Assembly: GCA_051294375.1 (NCBI GenBank)
Contig: CM119266.1
Coordinates: forward strand, 10,940,778-11,004,777
Source of the DNA: Paraspadella gotoi
Lineage: Eukaryota; Animalia; Chaetognatha
Direction of reading: 5' to 3'
Length of the DNA: 64,000 bases
Shown piece by piece: positions 24,197 through 37,267 of the stretch (positions are counted from its first letter, which is position 1; every line of letters begins with the position of its first letter). The translations under genes and the position numbers were made by a program. Under the pieces are notes generated by a model. That model was given only the letters and a program-made list of their open reading frames with translations. It made no database searches and was not told where the DNA came from.

Positions 24197-27143
24197 NNNN
24201 NNNNNNNNNNNNNNNNNNNNNNNNNNNNNNNNNNNNNNNNNNNNNNNNNNNNNNNNNNNNNNNNNNNNNNNNNNNNNNNNNNNNNNNNNNNNNNNNNNNN
24301 NNNNNNNNNNNNNNNNNNNNNNNNNNNNNNNNNNNNNNNNNNNNNNNNNNNNNNNNNNNNNNNNNNNNNNNNNNNNNNNNNNNNNNNNNNNNNNNNNNNN
24401 NNNNNNNNNNNNNNNNNNNNNNNNNNNNNNNNNNNNNNNNNNNNNNNNNNNNNNNNNNNNNNNNNNNNNNNNNNNNNNNNNNNNNNNNNNNNNNNNNNNN
24501 NNNNNNNNNNNNNNNNNNNNNNNNNNNNNNNNNNNNNNNNNNNNNNNNNNNNNNNNNNNNNNNNNNNNNNNNNNNNNNNNNNNNNNNNNNNNNNNNNNNN
24601 NNNNNNNNNNNNNNNNNNNNNNNNNNNNNNNNNNNNNNNNNNNNNNNNNNNNNNNNNNNNNNNNNNNNNNNNNNNNNNNNNNNNNNNNNNNNNNNNNNNN
24701 NNNNNNNNNNNNNNNNNNNNNNNNNNNNNNNNNNNNNNNNNNNNNNNNNNNNNNNNNNNNNNNNNNNNNNNNNAGAGAAGAAGAGAGAGCGAGAGAGAGG
24801 AGGGACAGATGCAGGAGACTGAAGACGAGAGAGCAGAGGATGAGACGCGATCGATGCCCTTTTATGGGCCGTCTCTCCTCATCCGGGGACGCATTCTTCG
24901 TCACAAACAAGAGCTTTGCGTAACGAGGGAGATGAGAAGTTCCATCATATCAATTTGCGCCAGTTACTTACTCGACGTATGAGTTCCTGGGAAGCGCTCA
25001 GGAACGACGCGGCTAAGTCGGAGAAAAAAGAAGGAAAGAAAGAGGAGAACAGAAGAGTAAGAGAGAGAGAAAGGAACTGAGAGGAGAGAGAGAGAGGAGA
25101 GAGACGAGAGAGAGAGAGAGCGAGTAGAGAGGAGAGAGAGAAAATATTTCACCTCAAAGAAACAAATGACATCGTAAAGAGAAAATAGCCAAGAAACATC
25201 AGAAAAAATCGTTGTTGACAAAAAAAAGCTGAGCCGATGAATTGTATCGCTGCTTTGTTGCTGCAAGTCTCATTCAGCACCAGGAAGTGACACGAACAAA
25301 GTTAAAGAGAGAGAGAGTGAGCGAAAGACTCACAACCACAAATATTTGTACTTTATAGTCTGAAAACAGGCCGAAATGTTTTCTTCAGGTAAAAAGAAAA
25401 TGGCGTCTGAAGTCTGCGTCGAAACGCGTCGCACGGATTTCTGGCGGAAATGCTCCGCAGCAGCCCGCGGCGGAAGCGGGGGGGGAGAACAGGGGGAGAC
25501 GAGACTGCGCCGGGACGGCGGCTGCGGCGTGCGGCGGCGCCAGCCCGGGGTTTCCGCTTCGCCGCCTTCGGGACGGCGACTCTATAATTTATTCATAAGC
25601 GACGGGGAAGAAAACGGATGAAGTTTTCGGAGGGAGAAAGTTAGGAGGAGGTAAGCATGGGAGGGTAAGGGGAGGGGCGGGGAAGCGGAATAAAAAACCA
25701 GAGGCAACACAAGGTAAGGAGAAAGGGTAAGGTCGCCGGTCCCCTCGGAATTCTTGTTTTGTTTTTGTTTGTTTTTCTTCTCTTCGCCTTCGACTTCGGA
25801 AAAACAAAAGGCTCCATTCTCGCCGCGCCCACTCTGTCTCTGTCCGGGACTTTGGCGCTCCGTCTCCCTTTTCTTATCTTCCTTCTCCTTCCTTTTCTTC
25901 CTTTCCTCTCTCCCCCCCCCAAGGCGGAGGAGGAAGAGGAGTCGGAGGAGGAGTGCATAAATTCGATTTGGGACTGAATGAAGGTGAAAGCCGAATCGGA
26001 TCATCTTTTCCTCCGGCAAAAAAAAAAAAAAAGGATAAAAAAAAATGGTGGCGCCCATTTTCTCCCCGAATTCACTTCCGGTCTTTCACGGTTTCCGTCA
26101 TCGAGTGACGGCGACTGTTTCGTGAATTTGTGTAACTTTGTTCGTTTTAAAATCCAGCGTCACGATTTGGTGACGCTTCGTTACGTACGGAAATAAAGAT
26201 GAGGATGAAGATAACGACGATAACTTTTAGGAGACGAAAAATAAAGATTTCTTCTCTGCATTCTTTTTAGTTACGTCCAGTTATAAAGCATGAGGCTTTC
26301 TTTCTATAGACGGGGGCGGTTTAAAATACCGTTACGTGCTCGCGGTCTCCGTTATTTTTCAGATGACATTATCGTTCAATTCGGATATCGTAATCCCGAT
26401 TCGCGCGTAATAGAGTCGTCGAATAGGGACCTTCGAACAACCGGTAATTTTCTCGATGCAATGACTCACTTCTCCCGATGCAGTCAGTGCCCATCCCATC
26501 CCAGTCCGTCCCCCCGAATGCAGTCATTCCTCGTCGCTCGGGGGCTGATTGTTATTTCCGCGTCGTTGAGAGTCAATCAAGTCGGAAATTGTCGTCGACA
26601 TCTCGGCCAAAAGTCGGGATGAAGAGAGGGTGAGAGTGAGGGTCGAAATAGGATCACTCTTCTCTGTCTCTCTGTCTCTCTCTCTCGTTTTCTTCTAAGC
26701 AAGGCGTCTCGTAACTTTCGCTACGTTTGATTTCTTTCTTCGTAAAAAAAGCCGCTGTGGCGAAAAGGGGATTCAAAAGTAACCTTTAGTTGGATATCTT
26801 TGTTGATGAAGGTACAAAATGACACAGATAATAAAAATCCAAAATCAAACGTTGTTTGTTAAAATTCGATTCGATCATGGTCATTGGTCGGTCAGTCATT
26901 TTGACGTCGCTAGTTTTTCTGTACTCGAGGGAGCGGACTTTCGCCGTCGCTTCGAAGTCGTCTCCTCGCGCAATAAACTTTACCGTTGACGCCTTGAACT
27001 TCAAAACTCGAGGCCAAAGACAGAGAGTGAGAGAGTGTGAGAAAGGGAGAGAGAGATAGAAAGAGAGAGGGACAGAGAGAGAGACGTCATAAAAAGCTCG
27101 CTCTTCGTTTGCATACGTTGCCCGCGGCAGAGAGGGCAGTGGC

Positions 27144-27179
<36 letters not shown>

Positions 27180-27204
27180 NNNNNNNNNNNNNNNNNNNNN
27201 NNNN

Positions 27205-29192
27205 CTCTCTCTCTGCACGTTCATGCGGGTCGGATCTCTCTTTTGGCCTTCTCTGTGCAAAATGAATGCGGAAAAAATTTTCTAAAAGGATTATCACCTT
27301 CGCTTAACTGGCCCGCCACTGAAAAAAAACCAAAAAAAAAAGATAACCTGCCCATCAACGTCCTTGAGCCTGCGCCTAATTCCTCGTTTGGAGCAGCTCT
27401 TTCTCTTCTTCTCTCCTCATCTCCTTTCTATTCTTTTCTTCTCTGGTTCGGCGTCTCTCCTTCTCATTCTGGTTCGTGTCATCTCTCTTCTACTTATTTC
27501 TTCTTTCTCTTCTCTCTCTATGCTCTTCGCTATCTCTTTCCTTTGATAGGACTCTCTCTATATTTGGTTTTTTATAGAGTGCAGTTTACTATAATTTATG
27601 CTGAGTGGTTAGTCATTAGCGGTCATTTCGCTCGTTGTGTGGGTCTTGGTTGTATGTTACTTGTTAGGAAGAGTTTTAGTCGTTTTTGCTTTTATTAGGC
27701 ATTCTCTGACTTCTTCTAGTTCTGAATTCTTATACATTCTTATTATCATAATTTATTTTTTTTCTTTTTTTTCGTCGCTCTCTCTTTTTTTTTTTTCTCT
27801 TTTTTTTTCTTTTCCACCTTTTATATGCTTTCTTAGCGGTGTAGTGCATAGCCGCCTGCCTCCGCCGTCGGTAGCCACTCGGACGCCCTTTTTCAATCTT
27901 AGTCGGGCGTATTCCGGGATCCCATGCCGCTTCGCCGCCGAAGACATTAATTAATCATGAGGCCTACCTCTCTACTGCTTGGCACGGCTTATCATTTTGT
28001 CAAATTACGTGAGCACTCTCTGCCGCCAATTATAACCTATGGCAGAACGGAATGCGTCCGTGCTGTCCATGTGACGCATCACGGTGCAAAGGTTCAAGGA
28101 TCAACTGCTGCTAGTACGTCGCTGCTGGCGGTGGTCAAGTTTCTCCGCGTCGTCACTCTTGGATATACGGTGTCATAAGCATCCGAAATCTGCGTTCTAA
28201 AATTTGTCTCTTAGTTGCTCTTTCACTTTTTTTCTCTGCGTCGTCTTCTCTTACTTTCTTTGTCGAGTTTCGTGCATTTCTAGTTCGCGGCGTGCCGTGG
28301 TCGAGGGGCGGTCGCAGGAGTTCTGTCTGCGAGCAGTATCCATTGGCTGCAGTTGGTTGTTGATTTAATTCTCCGTATATTTCCCGTCAAATTCTTACGG
28401 ATTCTGATGCGGCGTTGGTGAGCATAGGAGTTGTTCCGATGTGCGCGCTGTTGTGTTGCATCGCAAGCCAAAGATGGAAGCGTCGAGGTGTCACAAAAGG
28501 AGTCGTGTTTTCACAGAATGGCTGGTTTATGCATTGATTTACAGAGCGAGTGTGAGGAGAGATGAGGTTGTAGTGCGCGGGAGGGAGTGATAGAGCGACT
28601 AATGGTAGAAGATAAGTATTGAGGCGTATAGAGGACAAGGTGGAGAATATGTAAATGTAGTTCAAAGAGAGGGAGAGAGTGTCGAGGAGCAGAAGAGATG
28701 GAGCGAGAGAGATATGAAGACTGCCATAGTCAGAGGGGAGATGGAAGCGAGAGAGAGGAGGAGGAGATGAGATATGAGAAAAGAGAGCGAGAGAGAACGA
28801 AGAGAGAGGAGGAGAGAGGTCGCCGGTCGGTTCCAATAAGCTAAGGACGTGGCGTTATCGAGCGTCTCTTCGCGCGGAGGCCAGCTGGACATTCGGGGGT
28901 GGCCAGCTGGACATGGCGGGCAGCCATGGACATATCGGACGCCGCTGGAGAGGAGGTGCGGCATGCGCTATGTCTGGATCATTTTACGGGCGAGTTGGCT
29001 GTGTTGAGCGCGCGCGATTCGGTCGTCGGGGTTCAGCGAAGACGGTGTCGGGGGTTGGTGATGGGTTTGTGGGGAGGGAGGCGAGGGTGCCGGGATTTTT
29101 TGTGGTGTTTGTTATTATGTTGCTCGGGCGGGGGCGGGCATGGATGTTATGGATTGGTGCATTATATGCTTGTTCGTAGCTGAGGCGAGATC
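27205..29192 (+). repeat. Left arm of a ~1,988-bp apparently exact inverted duplication
   Basis: All ORFs mirror about the coordinate sum 60368 (28899..29183+ with 31185..31469-; 27957..28178+ with 32190..32411-). The arm starts immediately after a 25-N gap. Confidence 0.95.
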
Positions 29193-29279
29193 GAATTGAG
29201 AGTGTGGGGTAAGGTCGCCACTCGTCTGTGCGTTGTTGCTTGGCGCCGGCGGGTTTTGGAGTGAGTCTACCAGCCCGTT

Positions 29280-29720
29280 ATCAATATGCGTCTTTTATTC
29301 TCGCTTCCTTGCGAATCTCACGATGGCGTCAGTGTTTCATCGACGAATATTCGTATTTTCAAGTAATTCTCATTATCCATCGATCCGTCGAACGCATGAT
29401 CGTAAACGAGGGCCGGACTTTTCTTGTTTAAATGATTTTAGGCAAGGTATAGAAAGGAATCATGTAACGATCCTCAACCAGGAACCTAAAATTATTTATA
29501 CTGAATATTAACATTGAACAGAAATATTTTTTGCGTTTTCCCGAGGTTATTTGCTGGAACACGCGCGCCGGGTGCATGGTCGTACCATGTGCTCAAGAAT
29601 ATTTTTAACCTTCATATGGTGTAGAGTAAACTTCCGCTAACAACCGCAAACGGTCCAAGACACCCTCATGGCGAGCGCTCTTTCACGCTCGGCCAGGCGT
29701 GAAGTTCGGCCCTCGCAAAG
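29280..29720 (-). CDS. Coding-like exons recoverable by merging two noisy copies (this one and ~34100-34490)
   Basis: The merged minus strand reads LEGELHAWRVK...REVYSDMKLKILEQWYDHDPARFQQITSG, then an AT-rich ~45-nt gap ending tttag, then FPEDVIDSLTLPKIILKRKVRPRYDHAFDGSMDNENYLKIRIFVDETLTPS. The reconstruction was done by eye. Confidence 0.35.
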
Positions 29721-30594
29721 AAAAAATAGATACGTCACTCACAGCGAAAAATGAAGACGATGATATCATCATCAACAGGCGTTCCCTATCTAACATTCTC
29801 ATAAGGCCAAAACCCGCCCATTTCTCTTTCTTCTTTCCTCGCCCACTCCGACGAAAGAGGAAGGGGGGAAGGAAACTTGGGGATAGAGAGGAAATATATA
29901 TATATATATCGAGAAAACAGAGGGAGCGGAAAAGAAGGAGAAGGAGGAAGAGGAGGAAGGGGGGGTTTCCTCCAAGGACGCAGGCCGACTAAAATGACTT
30001 TCGGCGTAGAGACCATTTTTTATTCTTTCGTTGTGACTTTTACCTTTTGGTCGACGAGTTATGGGTTTTCTTTAAGGGGCGACTCGTAATTTAGGGTCCT
30101 CGTTCTCCTTCTCTCGCGGTGTGGTTTCTCGGCGAGGCGCGCGCCTGTCCTCTGCTCGTCTCTCTGCTCTCTCTGCTCTCTCTCTCTCTCAGTCTCTCGT
30201 CTCCGGGCATCTCTTCTCTCGGTCTCGGGCTTGCGATCATCTCTCTTGGCAAATGGGAGCCGCAATTTCTTTCTTTTTTTTTTCCTTTTCTCCCACCTCC
30301 ATCCATCCCTTTCCAGTGTCCCTTGTTCGCGACCTGCCGAATGGGAGAAAAGAGTCATTAGAAATCAAAGGGATACGGGGGAAGAAGAAGAAAACTGCGC
30401 GCGGCAGAAAGAAAAAAACAAGGGCAATTCGAAGTCGTTAAGGTTTAGTTTTTTCACGGCAAATTAAACGACTGGGAGTTGGGCAGGAACGAGGCAAGAA
30501 GACAAGACGAGTTCGAGGGAAAAAATGATAAAAGGGGGAAGGAAGTGGCCAACGTGCGATGAATGTTGTACAAGAGAAAAAGATGGGAAGCAGC

Positions 30595-31080
30595 TTTTTA
30601 GGTCAGTTTTATATTTCGAGTGTCATTAGGCGCACCGTTTATATCAGCCTCCCTGCCTTCCGCCTCGATACATGACCCCTTTTTCATCTTAGTGCTATTC
30701 CGAACCTCCCTTTCTCTCAAACATTATTAACATAGTTTTCGTCTACCCATACTGACGTCATTTTTCAAAATTAAGAACTCTGCCAAATAACCAATCAGCG
30801 AACGACGTGCTGTCATGGACCAATCAGTAAGGTTCAAAGGATCAACTGCTGCTGCGGCAGGAAACGTGTCAAAGCATCGAAAGGAAATGTTAGGCTCTGG
30901 GATTCACAACGTTAGAGGTTGTTTGATTAATCCGAATTCCGGTCAAATTCACGGACTTCGATGCGCTGGACATAATTTTGTCACCGATGTGGGTGTTGTG
31001 GTTATTGCATTCGCAAGCCAAAGTGACGCAGGTGTCACAAAAGTCCTTTTCAAAGAATGCTGATGATTTCACATTGAAAA
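30595..31080 (+). repeat. Very degenerate direct copy of ~27820-28540
   Basis: Colinear shared anchors: ccctttttc(a)atcttagt, aaggttcaa(a)ggatcaactgctgct, tcgcaagccaaag, aggtgtcacaaaag. Confidence 0.7.
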
Positions 31081-31175
31081 ATTTGTTATTACCAGTATAC
31101 TATGTATATATTAAGCTATAAACAAGAAAGAAAGAGTCAAAGAGAGAGTAAGAGTGTCAGAGGGAGAGAGAGAGA

Positions 31176-33163
31176 GATCTCGCCTCAGCTACGAACAAGC
31201 ATATAATGCACCAATCCATAACATCCATGCCCGCCCCCGCCCGAGCAACATAATAACAAACACCACAAAAAATCCCGGCACCCTCGCCTCCCTCCCCACA
31301 AACCCATCACCAACCCCCGACACCGTCTTCGCTGAACCCCGACGACCGAATCGCGCGCGCTCAACACAGCCAACTCGCCCGTAAAATGATCCAGACATAG
31401 CGCATGCCGCACCTCCTCTCCAGCGGCGTCCGATATGTCCATGGCTGCCCGCCATGTCCAGCTGGCCACCCCCGAATGTCCAGCTGGCCTCCGCGCGAAG
31501 AGACGCTCGATAACGCCACGTCCTTAGCTTATTGGAACCGACCGGCGACCTCTCTCCTCCTCTCTCTTCGTTCTCTCTCGCTCTCTTTTCTCATATCTCA
31601 TCTCCTCCTCCTCTCTCTCGCTTCCATCTCCCCTCTGACTATGGCAGTCTTCATATCTCTCTCGCTCCATCTCTTCTGCTCCTCGACACTCTCTCCCTCT
31701 CTTTGAACTACATTTACATATTCTCCACCTTGTCCTCTATACGCCTCAATACTTATCTTCTACCATTAGTCGCTCTATCACTCCCTCCCGCGCACTACAA
31801 CCTCATCTCTCCTCACACTCGCTCTGTAAATCAATGCATAAACCAGCCATTCTGTGAAAACACGACTCCTTTTGTGACACCTCGACGCTTCCATCTTTGG
31901 CTTGCGATGCAACACAACAGCGCGCACATCGGAACAACTCCTATGCTCACCAACGCCGCATCAGAATCCGTAAGAATTTGACGGGAAATATACGGAGAAT
32001 TAAATCAACAACCAACTGCAGCCAATGGATACTGCTCGCAGACAGAACTCCTGCGACCGCCCCTCGACCACGGCACGCCGCGAACTAGAAATGCACGAAA
32101 CTCGACAAAGAAAGTAAGAGAAGACGACGCAGAGAAAAAAAGTGAAAGAGCAACTAAGAGACAAATTTTAGAACGCAGATTTCGGATGCTTATGACACCG
32201 TATATCCAAGAGTGACGACGCGGAGAAACTTGACCACCGCCAGCAGCGACGTACTAGCAGCAGTTGATCCTTGAACCTTTGCACCGTGATGCGTCACATG
32301 GACAGCACGGACGCATTCCGTTCTGCCATAGGTTATAATTGGCGGCAGAGAGTGCTCACGTAATTTGACAAAATGATAAGCCGTGCCAAGCAGTAGAGAG
32401 GTAGGCCTCATGATTAATTAATGTCTTCGGCGGCGAAGCGGCATGGGATCCCGGAATACGCCCGACTAAGATTGAAAAAGGGCGTCCGAGTGGCTACCGA
32501 CGGCGGAGGCAGGCGGCTATGCACTACACCGCTAAGAAAGCATATAAAAGGTGGAAAAGAAAAAAAAAGAGAAAAAAAAAAAAGAGAGAGCGACGAAAAA
32601 AAAGAAAAAAAATAAATTATGATAATAAGAATGTATAAGAATTCAGAACTAGAAGAAGTCAGAGAATGCCTAATAAAAGCAAAAACGACTAAAACTCTTC
32701 CTAACAAGTAACATACAACCAAGACCCACACAACGAGCGAAATGACCGCTAATGACTAACCACTCAGCATAAATTATAGTAAACTGCACTCTATAAAAAA
32801 CCAAATATAGAGAGAGTCCTATCAAAGGAAAGAGATAGCGAAGAGCATAGAGAGAGAAGAGAAAGAAGAAATAAGTAGAAGAGAGATGACACGAACCAGA
32901 ATGAGAAGGAGAGACGCCGAACCAGAGAAGAAAAGAATAGAAAGGAGATGAGGAGAGAAGAAGAGAAAGAGCTGCTCCAAACGAGGAATTAGGCGCAGGC
33001 TCAAGGACGTTGATGGGCAGGTTATCTTTTTTTTTTGGTTTTTTTTCAGTGGCGGGCCAGTTAAGCGAAGGTGATAATCCTTTTAGAAAATTTTTTCCGC
33101 ATTCATTTTGCACAGAGAAGGCCAAAAGAGAGATCCGACCCGCATGAACGTGCAGAGAGAGAG
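31176..33163 (-). repeat. Right arm of the inverted duplication; continues as a noisy inverted copy of ~26930-27180 to ~33470
   Basis: gatctcgcctcagctacg at 31176 is the reverse complement of cgtagctgaggcgagatc ending at 29192. Mirrored ORF translations are identical. Confidence 0.95.
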
Positions 33164-34029
33164 GAGAGAGAGAGTGACCGAGAGAGAGAGAGGAGAGAGA
33201 GACGAGAGAGAGACCGAGAGAGATAACGCCACTGCCCTCTCTGCCTGCGGGCAACGTATCGCAAACCGAAGAGCGAAGCTTTTTTATGACGTCTTCTCTT
33301 CTCTGTCGCCCTCTCTCTTTCTACCTCTGTCTCTCCTTTTCATCACTCTCTCACTCTTGTCTTTGCGCCGTCGAGATTTCTGTAAGTTCAAGGCGGTCAA
33401 CGGTAAAGTGTATATTGCGCAGAAGAATGGAGAACGGACTTCGGGAAGCGAAGACAGAACGAAGTAGGCGCCAGATACCCTCGGAGTAGCAGAAAGAAAG
33501 ACTTAAAGCTACAACGTCGAAATCGCAATCAGAGACAAACGGTAGCGTCCCGAGCCTAAGTAACGATACCAGTAAGAGTGCGAAATCCGGCAATATGAAG
33601 CGACAGAACGGAGAAGCACGTATCCAGATTATGAATTTATAGAGGTATAAGGAACTCCTAGAGCTGTCAAATTTATTAGTGTAACCGACATGTGCAATCA
33701 ACGAGGAACGAACGAGGAGTGATACACAGCAGAAAGCATACAGAAAGAGGTCACTTATCTAGAAATCCCCTTATTACCGCCAGAGCGAAAGCATAACATA
33801 TAATTTGCGAAGAAAGAAATGAAACGTAGCAGAACAGTAACGAACGCACATCTGAAACAAGACCTAAACGACAGAATACAACAAGAGATCAGAAGACGAG
33901 AGATAGCAGAGTGAAACAGCAGAAAAGAATGAATCCGCCGCGTATTTCGACCCAAACTGCGCCTCGCGTAGTGCGCGCGGCTGGGTNNNNNNNNNNNNNN
34001 NNNNNNNNNNNGAGAGGAATTGGGATAGC

Positions 34030-34858
34030 GTCGACTAGAGATGAATTGAGAGTGGGAAAGGTCGACTGTTGTCGTTGTTGTTCCGTTGAGAGTCAACCTT
34101 TCAAATGCGTCTTTTTATTCTCGTTCCTTGCGAATTCACGATGGCGTCAGTGTTTCATCGACATATTCGTATTTTCAGTAATTCTCATATCCATCCGATC
34201 CGCCTGACAGCATGATCGTAACGAGGCCGGACTTTTCTTTTTAAAATGATTTTAGGCAAGGTTAAGGAATCAATAACATCCTCAGGAAACCTAAATTTTT
34301 ATTACTATATTAACATTACAAAATTTTTTGCGTTTCCCGAGGTTATTTGCTGGAACCGCGCCGGGTCATGGTCGTACCATTGCTAAGAATTTTTAACTTC
34401 ATATCAGAGTAAACTTCTCGCTAACACCCAAACGGTCCAAACACCCTCCATTCACTCTTTCACTCGCCAGGCGTGAAGTTCGCCCTCCAAAAAAAAATAT
34501 ACGTCATCACCAAAAAATGAGACGAAAATGATACATCATCAACAATTTCCCATCTAATTTCTACCATCATTTCTCTTTCTTCTTTCCCTCCCCACTCCGG
34601 ACGAAAGAGGAGGGGGGGAAGGAACTTGGGGATGAGAGGAAAAAAGAATATAAGAAAACAGAGAGCGAAAAGAAGGAGAAGGAGGAAGAGGAGGAAGGGG
34701 GGGTTTCTCCAGGACGAGGCGACTAATGACTTCGGCGAGAGAACCATTTTTTATTCTTTGTTGTGACTTTTACTTTTGGTCGACGAGTTTATGGGTTTTC
34801 TTTAAGGCGCTCGTAATTTAGGGTCCTCGTTCTCCTTCTCTCGCGGTGTGTTTCTCCG

Positions 34859-34905
<47 letters not shown>

Positions 34906-35247
34906 ATCTCCTCTGCTCTCTCTCTTTCTCTTTGGCAAGATGGTAGCCGCGAATTTCTTTCTTTTTTTTCCTTTTCTCCCCTTCCTCCAACCTCCCTTTC
35001 CAGTGTCCCTTGTTCCGACTCCGATGGGGAAAAATGAGTCATTAGATCAAAGGGACGGGAAAAGAAAAACTGCGCGGGAAAGAAAAAAAAAGGAATTCGA
35101 GTCGTTAAGGTTTATTTTTAACGCAAATTAACGACTGGGAGTTGGAGCAGGAAGAGGAAGAAGAAAACAGAGTTCGGGAAAAATAAAAGGGGGGGAGGAA
35201 GTGGCCAACGTGCGATGAATGTTGTAAAGAGAAAAAGTGGGAACAGC
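34030..35247 (+). repeat. Indel-rich direct copy of ~29185-30592
   Basis: Shared anchors: cacgatggcgtcagtgtttcatcgac, cccgaggttatttgctggaac, gggggaaggaa(a)cttgggga, gaagtggccaacgtgcgatgaatgttgta. Starts just after a 25-N gap. Confidence 0.9.
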
Positions 35248-35953
35248 GCATGCGCAATGCGGAAAAATCAGTTTAAATTATATTGATTTTATAATGAATC
35301 ATGAGGTTAATTTAAGGAGGATATATGTATGTATGTATGTCTCCCGACCCTAAATTAAATATAAACTAAAGTCGTTCCTTTTTTTAAATGCTTTTCTCTG
35401 TCCGTTTTTCCAATCCGTTCGGTCCGTCCGTCCGGACCTCTATTTACTGGCCATGGCCAAGAGTTCGGCATCAAAGCGAAAGGCCAACTCTGCCGTCCGG
35501 CCTCGTAGCCTCTTCCTCTTTGACATTGAAATCGAATGGTGGACGGGAGATGCAGAAAAGTAGGATATGCAGAAGAGAGAGACAAAGATAAGTGAGGGAG
35601 AGAGAGAGGAGAAGAGACGAGAGAAAGAGAGACGGAAGAAAGGAGGATGAGATGAAGAAGATGTCCAAAAGTTGGAGGTCAAACGAGCTTCTTCTTTTGA
35701 TGCCGGCGTCCAAACAAGTTAGAAGACCGGTCGTCCGCTTCGGCGTCTCCTGCATCCGATTTCTATCTCTACCTCTCAACCATACAACCCATAAACGAGA
35801 TCCACTTCCAGGATCTAAGATTATCACCCCGGGTCAAAATCAACACCCCTCAACCACATTTCGCCCCTCCTTGCTCATTGCACCTCCGTCCAGTCGCCCC
35901 TTTTCCTTTTAACGGTCGTCGTGAGAGAAAAAAAGTAGAATCGTTCGGACACC

Positions 35954-36013
35954 AATGCCATCTGCGACGGTGGCAAATGCCATCTGCGACGGTGGCGAAT
36001 ACCATCGGAGACG
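35954..36013 (+). repeat. 22-bp tandem repeat AATGCCATCTGCGACGGTGGCR (~2.7 copies, with decayed units to ~36150)
   Basis: aatgccatctgcgacggtggca aatgccatctgcgacggtggcg aataccatcggagacg; later ggcaaacgtcatttgcgacggtc. Confidence 0.8.
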
Positions 36014-36729
36014 CCGTTTAATGGCATCAGCGTCGTTGGCCGATACCATCGATGACGAAAGAAAACGCAATAAAAGAACCGGCTAAAGATTTGCCTTTGC
36101 CACGATCAGCGACGACATCAATGGTGCAGGCAAACGTCATTTGCGACGGTCAAAACCGATGGAGAAACGAAAACGAGAAATTGCGGCCTCGAGTTGTTGT
36201 TGTTGTTCGAGTTCGGTAATGATTGCTTGGGTAGATGTCGTTGTTGTGGTTTGTTTTGGTTTATATTTGTGTGGAGCCCCAGAGAGATCTACAATGGATA
36301 CGGCCTTTTAATAGCAACACAAATAATTGGACTTCAAAATCGCCACTTGGCGACAAGGAAGATGAACTTTACACCAGAAAATGGTTTCATCATCGCTCTT
36401 CAAGCCCTTATTACATTAAAAACATAATGAATGAAATTAAATATCTTTATATTTTGTTATCTTTGAACGCTCTTTTGAACATGTACAGTTCTGAGTTACC
36501 AGTATAACTTTTATTCACGGTCTATAATTGTAGTAGCACATAAAAATTTTAATGTAACAACACTGTTGAAGAATTAAATGTCGCCTTAAAGGAAGATAAT
36601 TCCAGGGCAAATAGAAATCTATTCCCAATCAAATTTCTCTCTCTCGTCTCCTCTCTATCTCTCATCTCTCGTCTCTCATCTTCTCTCTCTCTTCCTCTCT
36701 CGAGTCTCTCTCTCTCTTCTCTTCTTTTC

Positions 36730-36929
36730 TTTTTCGAGTCCGTTCTTCCGAACAATCGACAAAATTAACCTTATAAAAAAAAACCTTTTTATGCGATGAA
36801 CCGACTCACATCTAAAAAGGTTAGGATAAGCACCCCCCCCAACGCACTCCCCCCCCTCCAAAGCTCGCTCCGACGGACGAGGATCCTCGCGCCGAGTAAT
36901 TAGGTTTCGTTTTTCCTCGGACGCAAACA
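36730..36929 (+). repeat. ~200-bp dispersed direct repeat, copy 1 (copy 2 at ~39990-40192)
   Basis: ttcgagtccgtt...caatcgac...atgcgatgaa(a)ccgactca...aaaggttagg...ctcgcgccgagtaatt...gtttcgttttcctcggacgcaaaca occurs in both; differences are mainly indels. Confidence 0.88.
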
Positions 36930-37267
36930 ACAATAAAATTCGGCCGGTGAAGCTTGACGAAAATATGTGAGAATTGCCTCTTGGTTTGTTATTTTCTGTC
37001 CGATAATACAGCGATGTGCCCGTGTTTTGGTCGTCGTCGTCGTGTGTTGATTGTATTTTCCCGCGAAGGCGCGGAGAGAAGAGAGAGAGATGAGAGAGTG
37101 AGAGAGAGAGAGAGAGAGAGAGAAGATGAGAGAGATGAGAAGAGAGATGGAGAGAGAGAGAAGAGAGAGAGAACGAGAAGTGAGAGAGAGAAAGAGGGGA
37201 GATGAATATGGGCGCCGGGGCAAATGTTGGCGCGCGTCGCGGATATGGTGCTGAGCCGAAAGGAACG

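Noticed and set aside
31130-31180. PacBio SMRTbell adapter remnant at an inversion junction (3826 also checked)
   Set aside because: Only GA-rich sequence is present and the adapter's CAACAACAACGGAGGAGG core is not visible, so the exact artefact mechanism is unproven.
27205-33163. Intact TIR/Foldback transposon or Polinton
   Set aside because: The spacer has no transposase, integrase or polB ORF, there is no target-site duplication, and the ends coincide with assembly patch boundaries.
33480-33986. Apparently unique A/G-rich sequence
   Set aside because: It continues a decaying inverted copy up to a 25-N gap and looks like a low-quality read tail.
35954-36013. Possible CRISPR-like array (also the 17-bp and 24-bp repeats at 43328 and 57896)
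   Set aside because: Units are head-to-tail with no unique spacers, there are no cas genes, and the context is eukaryotic.
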